From Ophelia neglecta (lineage: Eukaryota), in NCBI GenBank assembly GCA_965285935.1, contig OZ260667.1:28830001-28894000 (forward strand): a stretch of DNA of 64,000 nt. Reading direction: 5' to 3'. Shown piece after piece: positions 26,955 to 39,195 of this stretch. Within the stretch, counting starts at the first letter, position 1; every line of letters begins with the position of its first letter. Under the pieces are notes generated by a model that saw nothing but the letters and a program-made list of their open reading frames with translations, ran no database searches and was not told where the DNA came from. Both the position numbers and the translations under genes were made by a program.

Positions 26955-27215
26955 CTCGTCTAACGTTATAAAGATCTCTGTATTCCATCGCGTCTCGGAC
27001 TTTCGGGTATAAACTCAGGGTAGCGTCCAAGCCGCTGGTAATGCTATCAGTCAATCAGGAATGGCCCCGGGGTACAGTGCTAATTGGAAAGATGGTGGTT
27101 AGGCTCAGCTAACATAATGAAGTATGCTAACTACCCGTAGACTGGCCAGAGACTGTCCATCCTCCAGCTGGAAACAGATCTCAAATGTGACGAAGGCTTA
27201 AAGCCAAATCCAGGG
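26955..27215 (+). mobile_element. Possible highly decayed tRNA-derived SINE
   Basis: Weak A-box-like (tcgtctaacgttataa) and B-box-like (cgggtataaactc) head followed by a GC-richer body. Motif resemblance only. Confidence 0.25.
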
Positions 27216-29879
27216 AATACAGTATCGGCTGGACATAGCCACTGGGTGGCACCCCCAAGCTACGAGCTTTATTTTGCACAATGGATATTTTGACTTATCG
27301 TCTGCGCAAAATATAACACTGATATTTATATTAATTTATGATCTATTAGAAATAGTGCCAAAAAGTCACGTTACATGCCAATTGATGTCTTAGTCCAGAA
27401 CATCTTGCTGAAATCAATACCATTAATGCCGTAAGCAGTGAAATATCTTCCTCGCATTCCGTTATCTTTTAGAATGTTTCGTACTTGTTAACTGAGCAGT
27501 ACAAGCTGCATCAAAGACTGTATTCGATCACTCCTTCAGCTATAGAGCCAACTCGTGTCCTGCCTTCTGCAACCATATACACTCTAAAAAGGTAGGAGTG
27601 TCCAGATGTGCCGGGCTCGTTTGGAGCCGATAATTTTAAAGCCGCTAAAAGTTCTTATTATAGAATTTTTACTACCTTCTCGTCAATGCTTAAATTGCTA
27701 ATGTTGCCTGTCGACAGCTGGTGGGTGTGAAACTTAGGAGCAAAATGGAGAAGTTCGGAAATTGAAAATCTATGTACGAGCGAAACGGACATTTTGGTCG
27801 GTTTATGCTTTGGAAAATCAGCCGAGTATTATTGAAATATGTGGAGCAGGGAAGGGTTCAGGCGTACGAATTACCTTCAACCTTGGAGGCTCTCCGTAAA
27901 TTATAGCATTCGGTGATTCCGGCCTCGTACAACATTGAATTAATGGAAATACAGTTGCCAGCTGTGGTCAGATGAAGTGTAACAACGCTTGAGGCGACTT
28001 CGCCATGTCTTAAATTGTTACATGTTTAGAATGTCGTTAATGACTAATTTGTACAGTGTAAATAACCTTTAAACAAAAGATGCATTTCTTTTTAGTAACT
28101 GTAAGTTGTAGTTTCGATATACCCCAAAATTATTTGTACCTTGATAAAACTAGCACACTGTGTTGTAAAATAATGTTTGTGGTCAACAAAATCATTCCAA
28201 AATTTGATGTACATGCCCAATATCTGTCTATCATCTGTCTATAAAGAAGACAATTTTGATCATGAACTTTTAAACCGCGCTATAGAATCCGCCTAGCTAA
28301 GTGAATGATAAAATACATAAAGGCGAGTTTGTTTCAATATTCTATATTTTGTTGCCATTGTAACCGTGGAAGGACTAGAAATGAAAAGAAAAACGTGTAT
28401 GTTGTTCATTATGAAGAAAGAATCATTTATCATGTCAACTACAAACGGTCCAATAGATTCATAAATACCCCTTCACCGTGATATTTCCATTTAGATTAAC
28501 TATAGGTATTTTAGAGCTTTTTCTCCATTTCCCGAATCAACAGGTTATTAGCGATGTTTGCTTCTATGTTGTAGGATGGTTATAGTTTTTTTGGCCCATT
28601 TCTGGGATAATCTGGGCAGTGTTCTGGAGCGTTGACATTCAGTAGCTCGCTCTATTTTTCCTAATCAAGCGGATGGGGTGAGTAGACACTGCAGTGGCGG
28701 TTGCGTGTCTACGGCCATGTTTTCCTCCTTTTACGACGTGGCGGTGTTTAACAGTGCAGATGCGGAATGACTTGTCTCAGCACTGGTGCCCAATCCATCA
28801 CTCGATCGCAATCTCTTCGGCCTACATGTTTTCGTCCAATGGCCACAGTAAAGACACGTCCCAAGTGGGGTTAGGTTGTGACAGGCCAATGAGCTGCCTC
28901 TCTTCATGTTTTAATGGAACTTTCTGACCTTTAATTGACCGAGTATTGCATCACCATAATGTAACTGGACAACATAATGTGGCTGCCACGGACGCTGTCA
29001 TGTGCCTTCGTGAAGAAGACAATATTTGCCAAAGAATGTTCTTAGCCATTAATATGCTGCCTGTCAATCATATCTGCTGCATTGGACAATGAGTGGCATA
29101 TCTGTAGGATGAGATTTGACGGAACACACCAGAGCAGAAATATTCCCTATGGGCTAAACTATTTTAAAAAGTACGACGTTAATACATTAGTTTACATAAT
29201 TCTCTACATATCAAAAAATGCATATTACAAAATACATATCAAATATACACTATCTTTGTTAAACTATTTTTCAATATATTTCTTGGTAAACACCTATATA
29301 CAATTATCATTATCAATCATTTTTTTCCTATGGGCTAAACGTTTGCGTCACGTATGCGAAGGAAGACCGAAGAAGCTTCCGATCAGCGCAGGTATCAATG
29401 CAAAAAGTAGATCCTCCTCCCCCCCCCCCTCCCTCTTCTATATGGCCATGAATTTATAGAAGATATATCCTTTCTGACCTGCGCAGAAGGCAGAAGATCT
29501 CTCTTGGCATTGGGTAATTTAGTAATCTGAAAACCGCCTGGTTGAAGGAATCCCCCGAAAGCAAAGTGCAAATTGTCAATTGAGTGTCCGCCATTTGTAA
29601 CCCGTCCGGTGTCATTATCGGTTAATGAGCATGCCTCAAAGAAGGACAACGGCACCCGCCGCAATTATGTTTGACATATGTAAGCAGAAACAAAGGAATT
29701 CTCCTTCAACTTCGGTTTATGGAACATTTTATAAAAGAACATTTGTTTTACTTCAGTATGTCAATGTGACATATGCCTTATTCTATTTAATTTGGCCTAA
29801 AATAGCATTAAATGGCTGGGTTGTGGTGGGTGGCTTATATATAAATCAAGCCACACAGCACCACTGTTTACCAATTTAT

Positions 29880-31330
29880 TTTTATTAATTTATTTATCAA
29901 AAGTCTTTACTATAAACTACCGTCAGTAACAGCTGTTCTTCCCAGAAGTCCAGTTACAAAAATGCAGAATACACACTACAATATTAAAATAAAGAGGGAC
30001 ATTTTCAAACTACCGTAATCATTTATATACATTGATAAGGTGTTACAAATTTTCCCTTGCCCGCACGCGCCAAACACAACACACATAAAGAACATAAACG
30101 AACAGTTGTAAATCTATAATATAAAAATAGACAGCATGAATTCCTAGAACACTATAAGCATAATAAATAATGTAGTCACAGACAAATATTTAAGACCGAG
30201 TCATTTTTTTTTTACGAGCGTACGTATTGTCAGGTTTCTTATACGGGTCACATCACCGGTGAGTTTGTGGTCTGTTTTCAAGGACTCCCGCATAATTCGC
30301 ATTGGGATCTCTCAGGAGTCAGTAATTACAGCAGCATCCTCGAGAAGGACCTTCACCAAGGTTTAACTTTCTCTTAATAAGGCCGGAACTTCATTATTAA
30401 GACATTTGAAGGTGAATGTAATCATTAAGTAGTCTACACTCAGATAGGGTCTGCAAGCCAAGCTTCTGATATAAAAGGTCAAGGCTACGAACGCTGAAGT
30501 CCAAATTACCTTTAATAAAATGGGCTCAGTGGATTGGAATTTTTTAATGATTTGCAGGGTCTTATCACTGAAATAATCCATATTATTTTAAAAACAATCA
30601 TATAAGTGTCTGGACGATGAGTTAAAATCAGTTTTAGTGTTAACTTTGTTTCCTAAGACGTCTTTTTAACAAGGCTATCTTTGAGTTGGTTTTAGCTGCT
30701 AGATTATTGAGGATTAAATAAAAGGAACAAATCACACACGAAAAAGGGGAAATAATATCGGGCCTAATACCGAGCCATGGGGGACTTACTAACGAATGTC
30801 GTAAGGTACTTTGCCAATAAAATGCTGTGAAACATGGCATTAAAGCCTTATGATAGAAAAATAGAAACAAAAAAACAAATTTCACAGAGATATACATCAA
30901 TAATGCCATCTAGTGAGTCAATAGTGACCTTATGTAAAGTTGCCTGGGTGGAATTATTATGGCTAAATCAGACTGATCAGAAGTGATAAAATAGGCAAGC
31001 AGTTACTTAATACTCCGTCAACTACCACAGTACAAGACGTTCGATTAATTTTAAAACATGGCGATAACGATAACAGGCCGAAGATTATCTGCAATGTATC
31101 TTAAGAAATTATTGGTGTTTCTTCATAAAGACAGCTGATTTTCGTATGTGTATACAGATAACGGATGAAAGGATTTGAAAATGACTCATACAACGAATGC
31201 CTTAATGTGAATTTAAAAATTGAAAATTCATTTTCATTGTGGCAGGTTTGACTTCAAAATTGAGAATAGCAAGCAATACAAATAGAAAAAAAGGGCAATT
31301 CACTTGGCTAATCTTGTCGGAATGAAAGCT
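29880..31330 (-). mobile_element. Decayed CR1/L2-group LINE ORF2 (RT plus C-terminal region) and AT-rich tail
   Basis: Minus-strand motifs in order: TP...DN.RP...KLIERLV (~31060-31120), SDQS...NSTQATLHKV.ID (~30910-30985), KAFNAM.HSILLAK (~30810-30850), then TFKCLNNEVP.LL (~30380-30420). The central RT core appears deleted. Confidence 0.75.
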
Positions 31331-32529
31331 GAGGAAAATTCACATATTGCCTGTTTTACTATCTTGGTATCTTCACAGCAAACACCATGTTGACCCCATG
31401 AATGCTTTGCCTAGTGCCAGGAATTTGTTACACCGTCGAGCTAGGAAGCAAGTTTAATAAATGGCTGGTACGTGGTGCTAGCTAGACAATATCAACCATG
31501 ACCCTGCTATTATGGCACCTGTCCGGTGGGGACCGTGTAAGCCTATCTGTTCAGCTACAATTGGAAAGTGTTTCGTTCCAATCTAGAGAGTGCATTTGTC
31601 ATGCAGGGCAGGGCCACTTAGTCAATGACATTAACACACTCCCTGGACCGCATTGACCAGTTACTGTAGACCTATGGATCAGATAAACCTCGAGTGCCCT
31701 TCAGGAGTGGCAGACTATCATTACATTTCCGTTTAAACCATGTATTGTATCGTGGGGTAAATTGACCTCGCAATTGGAAGATGTTGCCCTGTGAAATCTA
31801 GAATAAACAATACCAGGAGTTTATTCAGCCAAAATGACCATTTTATCGCTGCCAATTAAGCCTTTATTGGCGTTTTGGGTATAAATATTTGAGCCGTACC
31901 GAGAAATGTCAATATCGTTTCCGAGCAGAATGGACGCTCCCGTCTTCCGGTTCGCTACTGGAACGCTGAGGAGATAAAACCTCTTGTGGAAAAGGTTGGC
32001 GCTGTCTATCCTGGGAGCAATACTAAATGAATACTATATGTGGTGTACAACCCATTCACATTCTCGTCTGCAAAGACACATTGTTTCAACATATTTATTT
32101 TCCGAGTTAGGATTGTACAAAAAGCCTGGGGCTTATCGAGTGTATTTTCCAAAACTCTAAAAACGACTATTAGAATGAACATGTTGACCAGTTTCAATAT
32201 GATGAGGTGAGATGACTGATCCATAGTCACTGTCTTAACACATCTGGGAACATATTGTTATGTTTGTCGTTTATTTGGCATTAGCTTTTCGAAAATATTT
32301 TCACCTTTATTTCCAAAAACAAATTATTAAGCGGGAATATCTAACACGTATAACACATCGTTAAATTTCATCGCAATTGAGTTTCTAAACAAATATGGTT
32401 TTATTTGTGTTATAACTAATGATTAAGTCATATTTTTTATTTATGATAACGATAACATAGACAGGATAGCGTAACTAGCTTCATATCATATCTCGATATT
32501 CGGATCTTCATGGACATTTGTCTTGCATA

Positions 32530-32685
32530 TGGTTCCCTAATCCCACAGGGTTGTAACTAGCCCACGCTGTAAGACACATGGTCGATGAAAGCTACCCCGC
32601 CCTAAGTGTTCACTGAGATCAGACCGACGCCCAGCCTGTATCTCTCACTATGAGAGTTAGTACTCTACCTCTTTAAGTACGTCAT
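32530..32685 (-). mobile_element. Possible decayed tRNA-derived SINE
   Basis: Reverse complement begins ...aggtagagtactaactctcatagtgagagatacagg..., a tRNA D-arm/anticodon-stem-like head (ctctca/tgagag stem) followed by a GC-richer body. B box degenerate. Confidence 0.4.
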
Positions 32686-33210
32686 CACACTGATTAGACA
32701 TTGATCCGGATTGGAGCACGGACATTATCATAGGTTAATCTCAGGCACTGGTGCATGCCGCAAGTGATCTTACTATGTGTTGGTCGAGCCCTTTTCGATA
32801 TGGGCAGTATATCCATAAAGATGTTAGACCTATACATTCTAAAACGAATCGCGATTGAATGAGGTGAATACGTTGCTCCCACGTTTATGACCTTTTATAG
32901 ACACGCAAACTATGGACGTGATGAATACTGCTGGTTTTTGGCCTACGCATCTCCTTAAAGGTTAGCTGGTGAAGCAGCAAGGCGTGTTCTCGATGCACAC
33001 CAAGACTGGAATACCAAAGTATAATGTCGCAAGTCCATATGCTTTCGGAGAACGTACTTTTTATCTTTAAAAATCAGATCTTTTGCTAACCAGTTCTAAC
33101 AGTTAGTATGATGTTTCGAAAGACCTTTACTTATAGGCCAGACGCGTAATTTAGAGTCAACGGTTGGACATGCTCACTATGATTAATAAGAAAGAAAAAG
33201 CCGGCATTAA

Positions 33211-33244
33211 CAAGGTATATCTGGTATAGACCAGATATACCTTG
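33211..33244. repeat. 34-bp palindrome (15-bp arms, 4-nt spacer)
   Basis: CAAGGTATATCTGGT-atag-ACCAGATATACCTTG. Confidence 0.95.
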
Positions 33245-34190
33245 ACCTAGCCTACAACTGCATAGCTATAGAACAGGGAAATCTGATAATAATACACCAG
33301 TAATTCAATAAATTAAGAAATATGTCTAAGACTAGAACCTTAAACAATTATGACAGTTCTTGACTGTATTTGGGAAAGGTTTTACACTTGAAATATAAAT
33401 GCCGTCAAATTACGCCAAAAATGTTTCATTAAAATGTTTTTACTCCAGGACATGATCATTCACTACTTTGTTTGGCGACTGAGGCATAAGAGAGGTTTTA
33501 CCCTCGTACTTCTTTACTGGCAACTTTGTAATGGAATGAAGCAGCAAAGACTTCTGTTGACCGGAAACCTTATCCTGGTGCCCCTTTGTTCGACTTCATT
33601 GACATTTACAGGCTGCTACTAAGTCTTCTGATAGCATCTTAGTAGGTGGACCGTCATTCAAAGGTTATAAATCGGAAACCCTTTCGAATCTGCAAAGGAG
33701 TTGGCTCGCAACGAAAGGTCACCCAATGGTGAAGCAATTGGTGATATTTCAACACGAATCAAGCCAATTAGACCTCGGCCGAGCAGCCGTCATATTTGAT
33801 AAAATAACGTCATAAGCTTTGATCAATGCTCTTCTTGAGCTAATGTTGCAGGATGGCGTTTAAGATCTTGCACTTTGCGTGTCTGCGTCTTTTTAGCTTT
33901 TTATTGTGGTTCTAAGACGGTCTGCTCACGATGTTCTCTATGTCACACCCGTGACTATACTAAATAAATCTGGATAACTCAGTGTTGTTTCTGTCTGACG
34001 AGAAACAGGGCATCACATTTTTTTCTTGCGTTTTTTGCTTGAAAAGGTGGAAAACAGGCAAGCCGAGACAGATCTAGAACAGTAGGAAATATTATGCATT
34101 TGACAGTTTATACAGCTGTATATAATTACAAACATATTTATGTTTATTAAGCCATAAAATGCTAGGTCAGCTCCATCTACAGTCAAGGTC

Positions 34191-34332
34191 TAAGGGAACT
34201 TTATTGGCGAGTCATGATATGCCAAACGATTTTTACTCTCCCTCACGAACCAATAACCCCCCCCCCCCACACACACACACACACACACTACCACCACCAC
34301 TCCCTCGATGGTAAACAGTGGGAGCACCCTTA
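34191..34332. mobile_element. Possible decayed PIF/Harbinger-type MITE containing poly-C, (CA)n and (CCA)n
   Basis: Ends taa|GGG ... CCC|tta with very short TIR similarity. The compound microsatellite at 34257-34300 is certain; the MITE call is not. Confidence 0.3.
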
Positions 34333-37300
34333 ATATTGAGTTCATGTATAGTCAAGAATAACTTCCAGACACTTTGACAGGACCGCTAATGGCTACTATA
34401 TCACCGATAATAATCTCATACAGGGTTCCTAGTTTTTCTCGGCCCCATTACAGGCATTCACCTCATCTGTCAATAGCACGTTTATCAATCTAACCCACAT
34501 AGCTGCCTGATGTAGTACATTTCATAGGCTGGGGCATAATAATTGAATATTTGATGTAAGAGACCGACCCGTTCACCCATAGTCGCTGCGATGAAAAGAA
34601 AGGATTGAACCAAATATAGAAGTCCGACTTGACACTTCGAACGCGCCCTTCTCTTCATGTCGGCCAATTTAGGCAAGAAACCCTAATGTACTTAACTCAT
34701 TGCAATTCTAGTTGACAGATTTTTATCAATGTCCTAATATTCATTTAGGCAGGACTCCTAAGTTGCTGTATGTAGCTGTCATGTAGTAATCAGCTAACGT
34801 GTTGTTCATGTGCTATTTACCTGCAGAAAGTGCACGCTAATCAATTATCGAAATTGCAATAGAAAATGTAATCTTCTCTTAAGTAATAAGACCTCGGCTG
34901 CCTAAATTCATATATCTATTTAGAATGTGCATAAAATAATGTCAGCAAGCTTGATCAACCCATATATGAACACGTATAACGTTAATCAGAAAAAACCAGG
35001 ATGTAATTCTTCTATATGCTGTTGACAATAAGTTCACATAATGAGATTGGGGGTATGGCGTTTACAAAAAGTCATTGTTATAAAGAACATTCTTCATGAT
35101 CAAAGCAAATTTAATGTCTGGAATCCTGGAATATGAAATGGCTGCCTTATGTTGTTTAAACAATTATATTAATGCTGGTCATGCTATGGATCGATGTTAA
35201 TAGTGAATGTATAATTCTTGGATCTTCTTGACGAGTTTTTATTTTCTTTCACCAAGTCAACATTTCCAAATACATGTTTGTGATAGGAGGCCAATTTTTA
35301 AGGACAAGATAAAATCTGGGTCTGTAATTTCAACATATAATCGTGTTTCTGATGCTGTTTTTAAAAAAGTGCCTGGCTCCATGCGGAACACTGCGGTACA
35401 AGCACAGGTCAGACTTATTTGAATCAGCTTTTGACAGAGTAGGCTTTTACCTTTAAGTTATTGGTATTATAACAACAGAAATGTGTTGTGACTGGACATT
35501 ATTTCACCAGTGTAACGTCAAAGTAATGAAGGGATAAGCCATTTTCTCTTTTAAAATTCACCCAAATGAACCTTTCCATGGAGATACATATAAACAGTCT
35601 TTGAATTTTCAAAAAAAAGTGACTTTCAATGTCCAATCCCTAGACTTTCTCTTCCCTACAAACATGCAAGCGGAAAGGCCTCAGCATCATCTGCTTTCTA
35701 CAAGTTTGCCATGAAAAACTTTATTGACCTTTCGTTTAAATAGCAACATCATTGAGGCATGCCTATCAGGAAGGCTGGAAAGTCGCATCAAAGGAAATAG
35801 GTTAATGGATTCTTGGAATGCTATCAATGTTTCAAAGTTCTCAGGAAATTCTATCACTAACCAGACGATTTCTTCTCGCTCCCTTTTAGGGGTATATTCA
35901 TTACTCTAAGCTACTTAATATAATATCAGTAGCAGTTTTAACGCAATCCTAAATGGCTTGATGTTGAGAAAAATTGCATGTATTATAATGAATAAGAAAA
36001 ATCAATGCAAAGGGAAATATTATTTGAATCTATAGTTTAGGGTTTGACGTGACAAATATTTTGCTAGCTTGGCCATATTGCTCGAGCTATTGTGAACACG
36101 TTCTCATATTTCATTACTACACACATTTCGAAGCTACTTTTTCACTGTGCAGCAGCGGATGCGGGTAAGAGATGAAACTCCAATCCAGTAAAAATTATTT
36201 TGAAACCTCTCCTTTAGGTCTAATATTACACTATTATAGAAAGAATTGAGAAACTAAACTAAGCCAAAACTCCCAGTGGAACGATACATCACTTAAACTT
36301 CAGTCTGAAGAAGCCAGTATCAATGACCTAGACATAGACATTATGCCAGGCTAAAACAAAATGTTATCATCGTTGAGCAACATATTGGACACCGCTAAAT
36401 CGTTCACGATTCTAGCAAATCTCTATAGCATTGGATAAATGTTGTTAGTAGGCAAGAGCGAACGAACGACGGGCAAGTAGTTGGAATTTACATTTCTAAC
36501 GATGACATTTTTTCCCCTTTTGGCATCCGCTCAATTCCAATCAGCCTTTTTGCGCTTTCAGTATGCTAATTACTACTTAGTAACACTTGTTTTTCTCTCC
36601 TCGAAGGCTAAAATGACCATAAATCAATATTGTAAGCTGTTTATTTTCAAGTGGTTCTCGATACCACTTCTTTTAAATTTGCATCCAAATGATACCCTTA
36701 TGCCAAAAACCCTATCCTCATCTTCGTAACATTGAATCAAGGTCATTCTGTGGTATTTCGGCCTAACAAGTAAAATGTTTAATTAGTTCTTGACAATTGG
36801 TCATTCCATACATATTGTAGACAAGTTAATGGTCCCGATTCTTGCGATAAAGGTATGATAATACAACCTTCCTCTGATGCATACCCAAATAACCTCAAAC
36901 AGTCGGGGATGACGTTATCATTAAATTATTATGATACTCTTATCCGCTACTGCACAACGACTGCCTATAGGGGACATTTGGCTTTCTAATTTTTCATGCA
37001 AATGGCCAGTCATCAATCAGGCGGATTAGAGCCACTAACTACAAATCCCCTTGCAAAATAATACAGGGTAGACATATTAAATATTTCACTCTAATATATT
37101 CGCGATACACGTGGCAGCAAGAACAAGCAATTTCTTAAGAAATTGATTTATGGTTGACAAAGAAAATACTGAGAAAAACGAGAAAAAAAGTAAGTTACAG
37201 TGCTTCGATCTCACTTGCATGAGCTGATTCCATGACTTAGGTTTAGTGAGGATATATTTAAAACGTTTCATATCTCTTTGCAAACAAAACACCGAAGGCC

Positions 37301-38399
37301 CTAATGAGCCAATCCATATATTGATAGATGGAAGGGGGGGGGGGGGGGGGGGTTCAAGTTCTCATCTCGTAAATGTTGTTGTAATTTGAACATATCCCGA
37401 AACTTTGATATAAAACTAGTTAAAGCGTTGTTATAGAATTCAAGTTTATTTCAGAATGGCGTCTGCCGAATTTATACTGACATGTATAAACTGAAATATT
37501 TTCTGAACATGTCACAATGCGTAAAATGTGTTCTGCCCATCTAACATTACTTGTATGCTATTTATGTATTCTAATCTTGTCACACAAAACACAGGTTTTT
37601 GCAAATTTTGTTTAAGACTTGAAAAAATACACAAAGGCACTTTGTCACATAACTGTTCTGTTCTTCCGACTAATTATTTACGTTTGTAAAAATAAAATAA
37701 AATAAGTTGGTCACTATTAATGTTTAACGTATCATACTATTACCTGCTATTATATGTTGTATAAGGATACACCGATATTATGGACTATTAAATAATGATT
37801 TGGCTTTGTCTAACGGGTAACAACTCGCATATTTTCCTATATGATTGTGTGCCTTTTTTAATAAGCTTGTGCATTGTTTTGTTATTTGCACAAAAGTTAC
37901 TCGGCGCCTACGAGCATACAAAGTGTCTTGGATGCATTTTGGATGAATATATATCGTAGATTTGAATAGTCTTAACCAATTCAAAATGGCTTTGAAATCC
38001 TTGGTTTATGACGAAACTGCTCCTGGTTATCGTTTTCCTTTAAAATGGTTTCAAAGTACGTAAGCTTACTCAATAAGAGCTTCTTAAAATACATACGCCT
38101 TTAGATATACATAATTATAATGTGCTGGTATAGATTTAGTTCTGTTCATGGTCTGAATAGATAGAATCCCTTTTAATTCCATGTGTATCTAGTGTTTTTT
38201 CAAACATACCCGTCTTTAAATGATGCATCTAACGGTAATGGCTACCAGGCAGACACTGCCAAATCATTAAGCAAAAATAGTCTATCCAATTAGTCCAAAA
38301 GCATCAAGAACCAGCAGCCGTAGGTCCTTCCACACTCAGAATCGACAGAGCAGAGACGAGGGTCCTCCTTCGTGGCTTGCTATATGTACATATTCTATT

Positions 38400-39195
38400 G
38401 TGCGGACTATAAACACCGATACCCAAAAAAAAATTGTCGTTGCTCTGGTTGTGTCTCGACTGGAATGCTGCAATTCTCTTTTGAGTGATGTTTCACTGAA
38501 ATTAGTTGTCAGGCTTCAGCGAGTCCAGAACTGCTCAACTATCCTTTTGTTTCTCTCCAGCAGCAGTAGGAAAGACCATACATAACACCCCTTCTGCTCG
38601 AGCTGCTTTGCTTCCCTGTCGATTTTCGTGTCAAGTATAACACAGCCTTTGTTATAGGCAAGGCAATGCAAGGCATGGATTCACTGTACATTTCAGAACT
38701 TGTTAAAATCTACACACCTTCAGGTTTGCACTTCCGACAGAACATATTCTCAAATTCCACGGTCGAGACTGGTCACTGATGATAGAGCATTATCTATATA
38801 TAGACCTAAGCTTTGCAACCAAGTCAGAAGTGTTAAAATCAAAGCTTAAGATGCTTTTCTTCAAACTCGCATTTAATTACTGATTAGATTGTCATAATTG
38901 TGTGTGCAACTTATTCTTGTTCTATATTAAAAGTATGTTTATGTCTTTGTTTTATTCTATTTCCATTCGAGGTGTAACTGTTAGCACCTACCACAGGTGC
39001 TAGTGTCAATGTCAATGCTACCCACTGTGTATAAGAGCGAAGCTTCGCTCTTATACACAGTGGGTAGCATTGACACTAGCACCTGTGGGACCTACTTCAC
39101 TTTGTATTGTAAAGTACATTTGAGCTCATTTACGAGGATAGGAGCGCTATATAATTAGCAGGTTATTGTTACAATAACTATTAGTATTATTATCA
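38400..39195 (+). mobile_element. 5'-truncated L2/CR1-group LINE: ORF2 C-terminus plus 3' UTR and tail
   Basis: IVVALVVSRLECCNSLL...RLQRVQN (cf. ALV.SRLDYCNSLL..LQ.VQN), DHITPLL.EL..LPV.FR.KY, P.LW-like motif. 3' end tgtaaag...tttgag...gcgctatataa...tattattat is typical of this LINE group. Confidence 0.88.
38991..39088. repeat. 98-bp loopless palindrome (46-bp arms plus 6-nt duplication bulge), likely a foldback/MITE insertion
   Basis: Centre AAG|CTT at 39042/39043. The right arm is the exact reverse complement of the left arm except an extra GTCAAT. ACCTA at 38986-38990 and 39090-39094 is a candidate TSD. Confidence 0.93.

Noticed and set aside
31930-32015. Myb/SANT-like peptide RYWNAEEIKPLVEKV (possible Harbinger ORF2 relic)
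   Set aside because: Too short to support without a profile search.
32820-33000. YRHANY...W...RLAGEAARRVL resembling the P2X7-like C-terminal domain found in some transposons
   Set aside because: Motif spacing is wrong and there is an in-frame stop; the resemblance may be coincidental.
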